64,000 bases of DNA from Octopus sinensis (lineage: Eukaryota), in the NCBI RefSeq assembly GCF_006345805.1, contig NW_021832231.1, positions 434,001-498,000 of the forward strand. The letters run 5' to 3'. Below are positions 24,434 through 37,699 of the stretch, in pieces. The notes under the pieces were generated by a model. It was not told where the DNA came from, made no database searches, and saw nothing but the letters and a program-made list of their open reading frames with translations. The translations under genes were made by a program, and so were the position numbers. Numbering within the stretch: the stretch's first letter is position 1; every line of letters starts with the position of its first letter.

Positions 24434-25257
24434 TTTATTAACACTAATTCTGATATTGAAAATTTATTATAATTCGGTTTACCAATATAAAAAAATAGTT
24501 TGTAATACAATTTTATTTTAAGTATTTATATAGTAAATATTTGTATCTCTAGTCAGATATAAGTGAGTGTAAAATGTATAATAATTACATATTTTATAAG
24601 TGGAAAAATGTATCAAAATGTGAATTTAATAAAAAAACGGTTTTTGTATAAACATTATATGCTATAGTAATACTATCTATATGTTTTTACAACTTGTAGA
24701 TACTTTTTTTGATTTATAAAAATTTAATCAGGAATTCAAAATTAAACAAGTATGAAAAATTATTTTGGATGATTTATTAATTGTTAAATGCTCGTTCAAC
24801 TATATGTGAGTTCTCTTCCAACTAGATTCTTTCACATGTTCCAACTATTTTTACCAATTTTGGTGGACCTGTTTCTTCTCGCTCGAGCAATCTTTTCTTC
24901 TTATATACATTGCGGAAATGATTTGTTAATCCTATACATTCATATTTGATTTAGTTCCATAAATCGGTTTGTTTATGCTTTTATTTGGTCCAATGTCTAT
25001 AGAATTCAACAGTTTATTAAGTGAAATAGAATTTCCACTTAATAGGGAAAATTTGGGAATTCAAAAATCATTCTGCCTTTACCCCTACCCCGTTCAAAAC
25101 TAAATAAAACTCAATTCTTGTTTGAAACTTGCACTCTTTGACAATTAAAATCGTAATCGCACCAAATTAGAGCTAATGGTTTTTAATTTTGGGTTACTAT
25201 TTCGCAAATCCATTTTCTATTATAAATCTTTAAAAAAGGAATTTGGTAATTAGCTAG

Positions 25258-25890
25258 TTACTTAGTAGCTTTTAACTCCCTAACATGCAGGAAGCTCCCT
25301 GCGCACAGCGTGGGCCGATCGCTTCCAGAGATCCCGGAGCGCTGCGTGTGGTAATGACTTTGCCGATGGTCCAAAACAGGAAAAGAAATGGTGACGGAGA
25401 TCGGATTGGAGTTCCTTGGTAGGGTTTTTTTCAATGTAATCGTGTCTAAGGCAGGGGTTTCAAGAATTACACATTTCTTTTTTGGCAATAGTAATTCTAA
25501 TTCATTGATTTCAGGAAGTAGTTCTTGGAATATTTTGTTTGGCGATAGTTTCTGGATACACCTAATGAAGATAAAGTTGTGTATTAATGCTGATTTTTTG
25601 TCCTCCGTTTCCCAAGAGGACTTATAACATAATTCTTTCCAGATCAGCACAGTAGCACATATTTCCTTTTTTGGCGGAATTGCAAAGATTATGAGCCGGG
25701 TGTTGAGAGAAAAAAATTAAAGCTCGCGCATATCAAGATGGTCAGCAATAGACAGGATTTTTGTTTTCCACCAATAGGGGGAAGATTTTAAACATCCGGT
25801 TATCGTTCTAAGCTAGCATTCTGGACTCGTTGTAAGTCTTTAAGGGATGCGAGCGAAACGCATGGAGACCAGGAAACATAGTTCATTTTT
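25258..25890 (-). mobile_element. I/Jockey-group non-LTR 3' fragment (post-RT region)
   Basis: WSPCVSLASLKDLQRVQNASLRTITGCLKSSP..KTKILSIADHLDMR; IQKLSPNKIFQELLPEI..LLPKK; LRDLWKR. Similar to the element at 54229-55653. Confidence 0.65.
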
Positions 25891-26239
25891 GTTATATCAG
25901 TGTTAAACTTTCCTTGGCTTTAGTACATATCGTATTTGTATGGGTAGAAAAACTCAAAAAGTGATTATAAGTGACATCCAGAATTTTGGTGTTTTTTATT
26001 ATGGATTTTATTAATCGTTTATGTTTTGATATGATTTTACGACTAAATAGTCTGACAATTCAAATAGCATGACTATTTTCAAGGAATTTTTGGTCATACT
26101 ATTTAATAGTACGACTCATACTATTTGGAGTTATCCTTTGTTCAAGTTTTCCAATTTGAAAATGTATACAAATTCAAATCATAAAATTATTGATTTTCTA
26201 GTTAATTTTTTCCATAAATATAACTAGTGAATTAATCAT

Positions 26240-26730
26240 TTAGTATTTAATTAGCAGCAGAGGATAGGATGGAATGGCAATTCCCACGCAAGATGGCTAT
26301 TGATATGCGTTGGAAAAGCCATGTCCGTTCCCGATGATCATTTCTTCTTCTGCTTGCCAAATCCCCCAGTTTAATAAGGAATTTTTTAGTTCTGGGACCG
26401 AGGACTCCCGATGTCTCCACTGCGATCGGGGCAAAGATATGGCGGTGAGATAATGCACTGTATTTCTTGATTTTTAGCGTTTCGGCCAGGTTGGCTGCGG
26501 AGTCCGGCTCTGAAGCTGACGTCAAGATGTTCCCGGCGGAGAAAGTATCCGTGCAAGTGGCGTCCCAGATGAGAGACTTGCCATTTTCGAATGGGAAGGT
26601 CGTTAGCCATCAGGACGTTTACCATCCTCCCGAGCCAGCCCGACCGGTTCCAGCTGTGAAGGGAATCCGGCAGTTTCCAGAGTCCGCTTGACTATGTCGT
26701 TCAGAGCCGTATGTCGAGGGAAGCCCATTC
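26240..26730 (-). mobile_element. CRE-clade retrotransposon, 5'-truncated
   Basis: [73 protein letters not shown]. Confidence 0.9.
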
Positions 26731-26985
26731 TAAATGTTTTATTGATTAATTAAAAAATTCTATTGCTCGCCAATTTTTAGTCGGTTTCAAAAATAGAGAG
26801 CAATAAAGTTTTTACACTACCAGGTTTCAATAAGCAAAATAATGAATAAGTAAATTAATTTTATATAATTTTATGTTTATGATACTGCGATTCGGCAAAT
26901 TGTGGGTTAATAATAACTCAAAGAATTAGTCTTATTTAAAAGCACTATTTAATTTATCATCCTTATCAATAAACTTGTAAATAAA

Positions 26986-27888
26986 TTACGTCCATATTTT
27001 ATGTTTGAAATTTTCATTGGTTGGTTTGATCTTCAAACTCTTCCGAACTGCCTCAATCGGCGTCTCCCAATGTTCCTCGACGTACAAATTCATAACTGGC
27101 TTAGCCGTCCTCCCAGCTTCCACAGCGTAAGCCAAAAGTCTCCTTCTGAAGATATCCCCATGTCTTACCAAATCTCCGAAACAAAATCCTACTTATTTCC
27201 AAGCCGAAATCCCCCAAAAAAGGCGGCCAAATAATTCATTGGAAGACCAACATTGAGTGCCTCAAACCATTTGACTGCAACTTCTCCCAACATTGTGGTA
27301 GGCATCCCCAAAAGTGTATGGATGATATCATGTAGTTGTCGATAACGAGTTATTACGTAACCAAGTTCAGGGTCGGCCACAAATCTAGAAAGTGGTCGAT
27401 CATCAGGAGAATATCCCTAAAATATATATTTTACTTAAACATAATATTGCATGAATGTTGCGTAGTGGTGACCTAAAGATTGTCTGTCCAGAGATAAGAG
27501 ATATTTCAAATCTATAGTTTGGGTGTTTAAAAGTGGTTTATTTCTATTTTAAATGAATAAAATACAGCACATAATAATACGCCGTCCATCGGGATCACGA
27601 AGCATTCTATCACGGATAACCTTAAGAGCGTTGAGGCCTGAGGTCTCTCCAAACACGGCCAATAGATCTATTTTAATAGAGAGGGTGAGGTACACCGTTT
27701 CGTGAAGGATCAAACTGTAGGAAGATAGGAGAGGCAATATTTAATAAGAGACGCTGGAATCGGGTCGTCTGTATATGATTAGAGGCTATAGAGTCTTTTA
27801 ATGTTTAAATATATATTTATAAACCATATGTTGTAGTGGTTAAATATCTAATTTGTTTTACGAATCTTTGTCGAATATGCACACACAT
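26986..27888 (-). CDS. COQ4: Ubiquinone biosynthesis protein COQ4
   Basis: Arg-rich mitochondrial presequence [16 protein letters not shown]; [24 protein letters not shown]; [29 protein letters not shown]; [10 protein letters not shown]. Confidence 0.93.
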
Positions 27889-27949
27889 AAAAATCAAATT
27901 AAGTTTATTTTTGTTTGAATTTAAAATCAAGATTTTAAAAATATTGCTG

Positions 27950-28400
27950 TCGGGAAATACACCAAATCTTCTGCAAAGAATATGGCGCTGTCAGGCTCGA
28001 GTACAAGAACGCTTTTAACAGCCTCGGGAGAGATCAGATTATCGAGTTCTGCATCTATAGTGCTCCTGAGATCGCTCATCTGGTGCCTCATCAAACTTGC
28101 TGGTTTTGGATACAAAATTGTCTTTTCATAGAGTAGAGTCAAACAAAGCGATCCTTTCAGATTTTTTATTTTTGCCCTGGTTATTGACAAAGCTGTAAGT
28201 TCACAATTCAATCTCTGTTAGTTGAACGATACGACCATTGGCAAATCCCTTGTTTTAGTCATCAGTGACCTGTCAAGTATGATCCCTGAGCTGTACAACC
28301 TCGGTTTTGTAAAGGTTTCGAAAACTGAAATCTGTGACCAATTAGAACAAATAAATTGGACTTCTTATCAAGAAAGTATTTGTGTTAAGCCAATCAAAAC
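27950..28400 (+). mobile_element. Degenerate CRE-like reverse transcriptase fragment
   Basis: VRLEYKNAFNSLGRDQI (compare KLDFxNAFNS); RVKQSDP (compare GVQQGDP); FNL..LNDTTIG (compare YLDDxTxG). Contains stops and frameshifts. Confidence 0.6.
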
Positions 28401-28539
28401 TGTTCAGACTGGTTGTTTAATGAACAGAATTAAATGAATTTGCTTAGTTTAAAAAAATATTTTCTTCAGAAATGAGACACTATATTATCTACTTAAGATA
28501 TAAATTTTCAACCAAGATTGTGTTATGAGAAACATAAAA

Positions 28540-28700
28540 ACATGTCAATCCAATGGAGAAAATGCCTAACAGGTATTATGACGAAAGACATTTCCAAATG
28601 GTGGGGTCTATTAACTTGTATCTTTGTAAGAAATATGGAATCCGCAAAGTGAAAAAATTTTAAGAAAGCTGTTTCCATCTTTAAGACCCTTTCCAATCTT
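28540..28700 (+). mobile_element. R4/NeSL-like fragment (zinc-knuckle/REL linker)
   Basis: YDERHFQMVGSINLYLCKKYGIRK resembles RRHNEVVRCIHLHLC at 59870. Confidence 0.5.
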
Positions 28701-28930
28701 TCTGAGATCCTCATCAAGGAAAACTGCCAATCATGGTCTACCGCTGAGACATGGTGGGTCAAAGAGAAAATGGTCCTCTATGAGAGCGTTCGCGAGGCAT
28801 CCATATTCATTCTTGCATCCAGAATCTCTTATTAAATTACGTGGTTTCTGTTCTCTTTTAAAGGATTTTTTCCCGAGTTTTAAAAAGACATGGGTTTCAA
28901 ACAATGCATTGTAAAAACAAAATCTTGTTT

Positions 28931-29455
28931 GATCGTCAGAGCTCTGAAGGCTGCAGGCTTCCCAGCACAGCTTGAACCAGTGGGTCTCGATCGAGGTGAT
29001 GGAAAGAGACCTGACGGATGACTCTTTTCCCTTTCAACTCCGGACGATCTTTGGTCTGGGACGCAACTTGCGTCGATACTTACTCAAGCACGAATCTCCT
29101 TAAATCGGTTCAGACACCTGGAGCAGCTGCCTCAATCGCGGAAAACCTTAAAACCAAAAAATATTCCTTCCTCGGGGACCGCTACAGATTCACCCCTGTT
29201 GCGGCTGAGTCATCAGAGCAGTTGGCCCAGCGACTGCCGAGTTCTTGCGCGAACTCGGAAGAATGCTCGCCACAAAGAAAATGATCCTCGTGAAGGAGTA
29301 TGGCTAAGACAAAGGATCGGAATAGCCATACTCCGAGGGACTCGCTTTCCATACAGGCAGCGGCTTCCTCAATTGATTTCTCAAATCAATCTCTTCTCTT
29401 TCGATATAATAACTTTTATCAGTAAATTGCAAAAAAAAAAAAAAAAAAAAAAAAA
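28931..29455 (+). mobile_element. CRE-clade retrotransposon, 5'-truncated, with poly(A) tail and TSD
   Basis: IVRALKAAGFPAQLEPVGLDRGDGKRPDG..LVWDATCVDT..WLRQRIGIAILRG; A25 tail; (AAAA)TCTTGTTT at 28919-28930 and 29452-29463. Confidence 0.92.
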
Positions 29456-29904
29456 TCTTGTTTTCACTTCGATTTTTTTGGCGATCCATGATTTTCTCAG
29501 TTTGTTTGATGTGGCGTATATAAGTATTTTCCTCTTTGCAATATCATTTGCGTCACCAAAGAGGGTGCCTAATTTATTAGTTTTGCGCTAGAGTTCTTAG
29601 GTCCAATCTTTTCTTCTAAACAGTTTTGTGATTTCTGTTTTTGTTTACTTTTAATGACTAGTCTGCCTTTTCTGAATTGAAGCTTTTTGCTCTTCTTTAT
29701 TTTTAATCAATTTAATTAATTTTTTTGATAAATAATTGTTAAAAATACAGATTATTATTTGGAAAGCTAACCTATTATTGACCGGCTCTAAATAAAAAAA
29801 ACTAACTCAATATTAATCTGAAAATCAATTTTAAATAATTTAATCTGTTAATTGATTAATTTTTGACGCAAAATAAAACTCAAACTATTCATTACAAATA
29901 AAAT

Positions 29905-30560
29905 ATGGGTGACACTAAAACCAAAACAACTCTCATAAATAAAAAATATCACCACAACCTGATGATGTACAGATCAGAATTTGATAAGTTAAAAGCCCTT
30001 CAGCAAGTCTACAAAAGTCACAGGCAATCAAATTTAATGAATCTAAAGAATTGGGAATAAGTCCTCGATAAAAGACGAGTATTCCTTGAATTGGCGAAAG
30101 GGCATCGTCGACAAAATGGAGTCGATCATCAACGAAAACCAAGAAACTTACAGAAGAAAAAAATTAAATCAGGAAAATGTTAAAATAATTTTCTATCATT
30201 TTTAGGGAGAAAAAGAAAAGAATAAACTAGAAAGAATTATCAAAAGGATTCCAAGATTGTCACAAATATTCAACGGAAGAATTCTCCCTGAATTATCCAT
30301 AAAGTTCGCGAAAAACAAAACGCTTTCACAACCGAAAAATACGAAATGACACTTAAAGAACAAACAAATTGTTCTAAAAAGTCTATCGTATGACCTGACA
30401 TGTGTCGATTACTTAGGTCGATACAATAGTCCCTCCTCTTGGAGACATCAATTGGTTTTTAAACGATTCTGCTTTTTACAAAACTGACTGTTTTTATGAC
30501 ACTCTCACAAAAATTCAGTCAAATTCGAACTACTATTTCTCGAGTGAGGTTTTCTCTGAC
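29905..30560 (+). pseudogene. Disrupted coiled-coil-like coding region, unidentified
   Basis: MGDTKTKTTLINKKYHHNLMMYRSEFDKLKALQQ.. continues through an in-frame stop and a frameshift. No family recognised. Confidence 0.25.
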
Positions 30561-31219
30561 GACGAAAAGTCCACTAATGCAAAAGAGGTGACCTTGTGTG
30601 ATAAATTGAAAGGAGTCCTCCAAAGAGATTGTTTTCAAAAAAAATATGGAGCCATGTATAAAACTCAAAAATTCTGAAATTAAAACAACGACGAAGAAAT
30701 TGAACTTTCCTCCTCTTTATTATGCAGTAGAAAAAATAAAAAATAGAAAACATATAAACAGAATTACTGGATTATATATTTTGAATGAAACTATCAAAAA
30801 TAATATTCCAACCACTCACGTTTATACATTAAAATTATAATTCATTTCACTAATCAATATTATTCATCAACCCTTCAATCTAATGACCAAGTGCATTAAA
30901 AAATGACTAATATATTAACTCTGCCAGAATATGTCATTAATAGGGAGAACTTAATGACTCATTAATAAATAGCTTTATTAGACACAATATGGTCAGACAG
31001 TTACTCTGCTAAAAGCTCCATCGCCTTGACCGGATAGATATGAGATTCACAACCTTTAATTGTACCTGTTTCAGTAAAAAACACAACTATAGTAATTTCT
31101 TAGACGTTTCATAACAAAAATAAGATTTCTCATTCCAAAAAAATCTTAGAATAGACGATACATGTTAGTATTATTGTACTAAAAACAAAAAACTGACAAG
31201 TAAAAAAGACGCAATTGAG

Positions 31220-33313
31220 TGCACAAATTCAAAAATAAGTCCTTTTGAAATCGACAACAGCATCACGTCCCCTACAAGGTCTACATAGATAACATAAACC
31301 TCGTCGAATTTGGAATGTCCTTTAAGTTAATCACATTGTTGAGAAATGCAACCAAACCACTGAATTGCCTCACAATCGACTCAACCCCGTCCGACGGGAA
31401 TTTCCGCACCAAAACCACACTCACCTCCGCTGAAATGGCCTGACATAAGTTCAAACGACATCAAACATTTGCAGTCGAGTCAGAAAGCAGCGACTGTTCA
31501 GGAAGAAAAAATACACATGCACATTCAGGATAGTCCACAGGAACTTGAATCAGACATTTAAAGGAAACTTAAGATAAAAAAACAAAATATACAAGTCTCA
31601 AATCCGATGTCTGCCTCAAAATATAAATGGGCCAAATTCTTCTTATCGGATGTCTGGTCAAAACCAGTTTTCTGCCAAATAAAAAACAACGAGAACCTCA
31701 AAGTAATTTTCCCGACTTGAATTGGCTACACAAATATTAATTTTCTGTGGAAACGAGGGACTCAAAGAATAAATAAATTGCCCATAAAGTGGCCCGTCTC
31801 TGATGGTCAAATTAGGCTGTTCAGTGGAGATTCCCAGTGAACAAATAAATTGACCAACTCGAATTCTAGTCTCAAGTCGTGAGATAATCCTCTCGACAAC
31901 AGCCTCACATACAGGAATCTCAAAAGAAGTCCGCATCTCCTCAAATTTGGGGGAATCGTCAAACAAAATTGTCGAATTTCCAATCCACTGAGCCCAAGCA
32001 TAGAATCTGCCGAGAAACCGACATGCCGCAAAAACACCACAACTGAATTTTTGACTGAAATGGACATTCAAAAGTTAAACTTTTTAAGTTCAGTAAAATT
32101 AGGCGACTTTCGTGGGAGCTCCCCACTGTCATCTTCAAACATGAAATCCAAAAGGGTCACTGGGTCGAAGAAACTTGAAAAAGACAAATCCGAAATTCCA
32201 TCATCAACATTTGAGGACACGTGGACTTTAGTAGTTACCATGCTATTTGATTTAAACGCAAAAAACGCCACAGATACAACAAGTCCCCCTTACACCATAA
32301 TCTACAAGTAAAACCAGTCATCACATCCAAAACAACTCCACAAGAGTGGAATAGTGGAACAACATCGAACGGAACATCCTTGAAATGTGGAACAACCTCC
32401 AAGGTCCTCACCTTCACACTACAACCTATAACTACCACAAATAATGCACCAACTGGCAATATTCTGCGTATGACAAACAAGGTTGTAGAAAAGTGAGTAC
32501 AGAAGAGGACACAGGCCATAATGTCCAGATTCTACGGACACGTGTGGCAATTGGTCCCCCATCAAACCCTCCAGAGGTTGGATGGCGGACAAATATTTGT
32601 TTACAGTCTCGTTTAGACTAGTCATTTTGTCTTTGTGAAATTTTATGGATTCGAGCAACTCGGATCGAGTTTTTTCGATTTGTTTGAGTCGTGTTTTTAA
32701 TCTGAAACCAATCAGTAAAGAAACTACTCAAGACGGGATTTAATTTCGTCCTTAAGTCTAGCCAACGTGAGTGTATGCTCGTCCGTGATCTGTAAATAGA
32801 CACAAAACTAAAACGTCTTGTTTATCCTCGGAGGAAAGCCGTTCGAGAAAGGATTCTGAGCTTTCCATCCCCAGTTCTTCCAAATTGCACCTTTCGGAAT
32901 ATTTAATACTAAAAAAACTCGAAACTTAAGCATTCCGTTATTTGTCTGCGAAGGTGGTGTTCCTCATATGATATATTTTCAAATCCCAGTATCCGGTCGT
33001 CCATAGCAGAACGAGTCTTGGTAGAGAATAAAAGTACCTCGGAGACTTGAGAACGTGCATGGCAGGCAAAAAGGTTTATTTTTCGACTGCTGTTCATTAA
33101 TTTTGATATTTTGTAAAAAAAGTCGATTTTTGAAAGGGAAGGTTCTTCCTTTTAATTTTTAAAGTAATTTCGAACATTTATAGATTTAGCCGCATTGGCT
33201 GTGTTTATGCAAGCTAATAGGTCGTTGAGTTGTTCCTTCGTGTCGTTAAATAATTTAGGGATAGAAATATTAGAAAATTCTTCAATTTCTTTTTGATTGA
33301 GAATTGACTCCAT
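31220..33313 (-). CDS. THOC5: THO complex subunit 5
   Basis: ENISYEEHHLRRQITECLSF (compare [20 protein letters not shown]); TLTLARLKDEI; YLSAIQPLEGLM; LCPLLYSLF. The 3' end is approximate. Confidence 0.75.
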
Positions 33314-33399
33314 ACAAAGCACGAGCAATGCTTGTAATAAATTAATTTCAATAATTCAAAAAAATAATTAAAAAATACTTATTCATATCAATTGGTGTA

Positions 33400-34130
33400 A
33401 ATTTCTATTTACGGAAAAAAGTTAATGCTTTGAGAGATAATCGTCTCTTCTACTTGATAATAGTTTTCCCCTCAATTGCTTGCCATTTTTGAGACAAAGT
33501 CATAAACATTCATTCAAAATAATCAAGATTCTAAGTAAAGTAATAATTTAGAGATTTTACACGATCGTTTTTCCATATTTCTTTGCATTTGTATTAAACT
33601 TTTAAGCAAAGTTGTTGTCTTCAAGTAAGAAATATTTTTTGGAGTCAAAAATACTTTTCATTGCATCTCGATGTGTAATAAATTTGTTTCTTTCACAACT
33701 TGTAGTAATTTTGCTATCTCTTTGTTTTGAAAAATTTGTAAAGTTTTCGATTTCTTTTTTAAACTAATCTGCAGTATGTCTCATTTCACCAGAAAAATTC
33801 TTAATTCTAAATTGTACCTTTTTAAACTTTTCTATCTTTTATTGGATTTAAATTCAGAAAGATCGTTTATCCCAGCAAATTTAGTTGCTTTCAAATAAAA
33901 TTATTTCATCATTGAGGCAAAGATTTCATGTAATCTATCCAGGTAATGATTTCCGAATCAATTGATGAGTACAGTAAGATCTCTTGTATTCGCCACCCTC
34001 TGATAATCGCCAAAAAATATATTTTAAATGGGAAAATTCTGATATTCGTCATAAGATGAACAAGTTGATAAGCTAAAAATTGTTACTAAAAAGAATGCTA
34101 TCAAGTTTTACAAATAATCAAAAATTTTTT
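33400..34130 (-). mobile_element. Highly degenerate hAT-like transposase remnant
   Basis: IFDYL*NLIAFF..TSCERNKFITHRDAMKSIFD..ITLLRILIILNECL..KQLRG follows the hAT (TRW)/FI-LL pattern. Many stops. Confidence 0.4.
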
Positions 34131-34252
34131 TAATCAATCCGGAAATCTTGACGTTAATAGGTTAGATAATTTTTATGGATTCTGTTATCCGGCATTTTCT
34201 AATAACTACTACATTTTGACAAGTCCAATTTTTGGCGGATATAAGAGTTTAC

Positions 34253-34860
34253 TATGTCGCGAGCGCAGCGAGCGACCGAGCGCAGCGAGCGACCACTCAA
34301 TTTCTAGATCCGATCAATCAAAAAATCTATAAATTGACAAATACCCAGGCTTGTATTTGGGATTAAATATATTCGATAACAAAAATTAAAATCGATGCCA
34401 AAGCAGAATGAGCTTTAAACCGATTTCATAAATAAAAATAATATTTTAAAATTTATAATTGATATTTTAGAATAATGAGAAAAAATCTAAATGCTTCATA
34501 ATTTATAAAAATGTCAAAACAAGAATCTTCTGAAGGAGCAAGCCTGTCTGCACAGTTCATTTTTGATTAGAAGACCTAATTTTAGAGATTAAAACGAAAA
34601 AATAGCAATGAGATCTGTCAAATTATTACCCCCCTCACAACCTAAACCAAATTAGCGTTCAGTATTCATTGATTTTACTTTTTCTATTAAGGTCTACTTA
34701 TAAATTATTTTAGGGATTCAATGGAAAACTTAAGTTATTTCAATTTTAATTTTAAATCATGTTAAAATTTTAAATAATTTAATAAATATATTGTTGATGA
34801 TAGCTTGTTAGGTGTCAAAGTCGCGTCTAGCGCTCGGTCGCGCGCTGCGCTCGCGACATA
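34253..34860. mobile_element. MITE-like element with GC-rich 30-bp terminal inverted repeats
   Basis: TATGTCGCGAGCGCAGCGAGCGACCGAGCG (34253-34282) matches the reverse complement of 34831-34860 at 29/30. The interior is AT-rich and noncoding. Confidence 0.8.
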
Positions 34861-35309
34861 CTATATCTACGTTTTGTAAAAGAATAGAAGAATAGAATGT
34901 CGTTTATTGATCAAAAAAACAGAAACCGAAAGAAAACAAAGAAAGATCGTTAACGGGAAGATTAAACGAGGCACTGAAATGTCTCTTTCAATGCGTATCC
35001 CCAATTATAGTCGGTGTCGATAACGTTTCTCAAAGACCATCCGAAACGTGGACACGAAAGATTCTTGCAAGCTCTCTAGCCTTCCGTCAAGTTGTACTCC
35101 ATAAGCCAGTTTCAATGCGAAACGTCTTGTTTTATCCAACTGTTCGACAAGGTAGTCACTCTCCTCCGTGACTGGCTGTAACACGTTTTGTAGATGTACA
35201 TTTCCGGATCCAGATGGAACCTGGTTAAGCTTTTGAGGATCATAACGCTCCTCTTCCTCTGATTAGCTATGTGGTCGGCGTACGAACCACGAATAACCTT
35301 TGTTGTCGT

Positions 35310-35455
35310 GGTATGTCCTTCACGTCCAAATCAAAAAGTGATTTGCTTCCACGGCCCTTTGATGTATGCCGACAAATCCCTGCAAAGTCGAATAAAGAAC
35401 AAAGTGCTGCAGTACCGCGTGCGCTACAAAGGGTGGAACAAAAAGCAGATGGTTT
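35310..35455 (+). pseudogene. MORF4L1: MRG15/MORF4L1 chromo-barrel N-terminal fragment
   Basis: PNQKVICFHGPLMYADKSLQSRIKNKVLQYRVRYKGWNKK. The ATG is one base out of frame, and the WDEWV continuation and MRG domain are not found. Confidence 0.65.
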
Positions 35456-35765
35456 CGAAAAAATTATTAATCTTAATTTTTTATCGACCATAGATGATTC
35501 TGTTTATAGTACCAATATCACGTTAGTTATGTTTTTTAGTCATAAAATTAAATATGGGGAAAACCTATCGATTTGTATCATTAAAATGTATTTTATTCAT
35601 TTTATGTAAATTTGACAATTAACCACAAAATAAACGTGGAAAATTCAATTTCTTGTGGTAACTCGATGCTTTAATGTTTTTAAATTACACTATTTTATTA
35701 AAATTTAAACTGTCGAATAAACTTATAAAGCGGTTTCGATTAAAGCAGTGATTACAGAGTTAAAT

Positions 35766-36830
35766 TCATTCTTGCCTATTTAACTTGGCGGAGACAGTTT
35801 CCATAAACTCCTCCGCAGTCTGTCTTTTGGTAGGAACTGGGTCCATCACGCATTTAAGCACATCTCCTGCTTCGTTGCAAACATTCATTATTTTGTTTCC
35901 CGAGGCCGACCAAATAGGTAGACTGCCTGTCAGAAGTGCATACCTAGCCAGTAACTGATATAAAACAAACATAACACATCCCAGGGACCACAAATCTACG
36001 GGATATGAGTAGCCTGTCTGTAAGAGTATTTCTGGAGCGATGTACTCTTTGGTTCCACACAGGGAACTAAATTGTATTTGGTTGTTGTCCTTACAATCTC
36101 GTTTTTTTACTCTCCATGTCAGCGGCCAGTCCGAAATCTCCGATTTTTATTTTTTTGTCCTTTCCGACAAGCAAATTCTCGAGTTTGATGTCTCTATGGA
36201 TTATTAGATGGTCGTGTATGTAGCAAAGTCCAGTGGCCACATCCAAGACAAGAGAAAGCGCCTCATTGCTCGATAGTTTCCCCCTCGCTCTGATTAAATC
36301 AAACAAGGACTGTAAAATATAACCCGGAAGGGTACCCCTCCAGGACAGTATTCCATCATACAGTAGACATTTACACAATCTTCAAAGTAGTGTGTCAGAT
36401 TAACAACATTTTCGTGTTTTAAACTCATGTGAAGTTTAATTCATTTACTAACTATTTTTATTAGGTGTCAATTTCTAACCAAAAATTTCTTTCTTGTCGA
36501 AACGAATTGTCTCTTGTCGACTGCTTTGACAGCATATTCATTCTGAGGTTTTGAAACTTCAGTAAATTTGTAGCATCTGCTGAATGCTCCCTGTAAACTA
36601 TATAATGAACTAATTACTTGGCCTATTTTTTGTACATTCTGGTACATGACATCTAAGTTAGTATCGTGTACATAAGGTGGGCACTTGTCTTCATCTAAGA
36701 GTGAAGGAACAGAGATTACAGCCAGCGTATCTTTTTCGCCTTCTACTTGACATTGATTTGTCTTTTTGCGAGAATCGGCTTTTATATTGGCGAACCACAA
36801 TTAACGACTGCGGCCACAAAGTGACTTGGA
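35766..36830 (-). CDS. Polo-like Ser/Thr kinase, catalytic domain only
   Basis: IGQGAFSRCY; AVKAVDK; HENVV..YFED; HRDIKLENLL; KIGDFGLA; SLCGTKEYIAPE; DLWSLGCVMY. Stop at 35766 with no polo boxes. Start approximate. Confidence 0.8.
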
Positions 36831-37699
36831 AGCATAATTAATAATTTAATTTCTATCTCAACAACCGGATCTAAATTTGAATTTATTTCCTCTTCCGTGC
36901 ATATTTGTCATTCCAAGACATTTGTGGTTGCTAAGCTGATGCAATCCAGATACATTCTTAGTGAATATCGATTTATATAATTGATGATCAATTTTATACA
37001 TTTTTAAAGAAAAAGAGTACTTGAGAGCAACCTTTCCAAGGTTTTTTTTACAAATGTGCGATTGTAGAAACCTAATTAAAAATCAAAGCAGTTTCCAATA
37101 ATTCTAATTAAGAAATTCCCAGCATGACTCTCACTAATTCCCATCAACCGAAAAAAATTCAAAATGGGTTACAAAAAAGTGAAATGCTCAAATCATTCAA
37201 TTTATTTATGAGAATGTTAGATTTTTCGATATTAGAGTATTTTAAGAGTTTGCCTCATTGAATTGTTTTTTAGTCGAGATTTAGAGCTAATTGAGCCCTA
37301 TCATGGAATAGGTAGGGTCTTTAGAAATACAAGGTCATAACAAATAGACCATTTTTTAATTGTTTCAATTTAGAAAGATGCAATTATTTAATCGATGTGG
37401 TCAATATATTTATTGAAAATGGTTTTCATGTTTATTAGAAATGAAGTATTTAAAATAATATTTTAGGAATTTAAAAGGTTCCATGTACGTTTTTTTTGAT
37501 TCTAAGTTTCAGAGACGGCGGCCTGGATCTGTCAGTTCTGAGCTGATAACTTTCGGGTGAATTTTAAGTTTAAGCTTAACCACAAAATAATTACTTTTGG
37601 AACATAATAAAATTGATTATAATTACTATAAAATATATCTCAATTCAAAATTCGAATTTATCCACCAAAAACCTTCCAATTGACATTAATTAAATTGAA

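Noticed and set aside
29930-30140. In-frame stops as evidence for a variant genetic code
   Set aside because: In the conserved genes I traced, in-frame stops are explained by tiny introns or a 1-nt indel. Other stops occur in decayed sequence.
34960-35270. Idea that this is the MRG domain placed before the chromo domain (circular permutation)
   Set aside because: Similarity to the MRG domain is too weak by eye. It is kept only as an unassigned segment.
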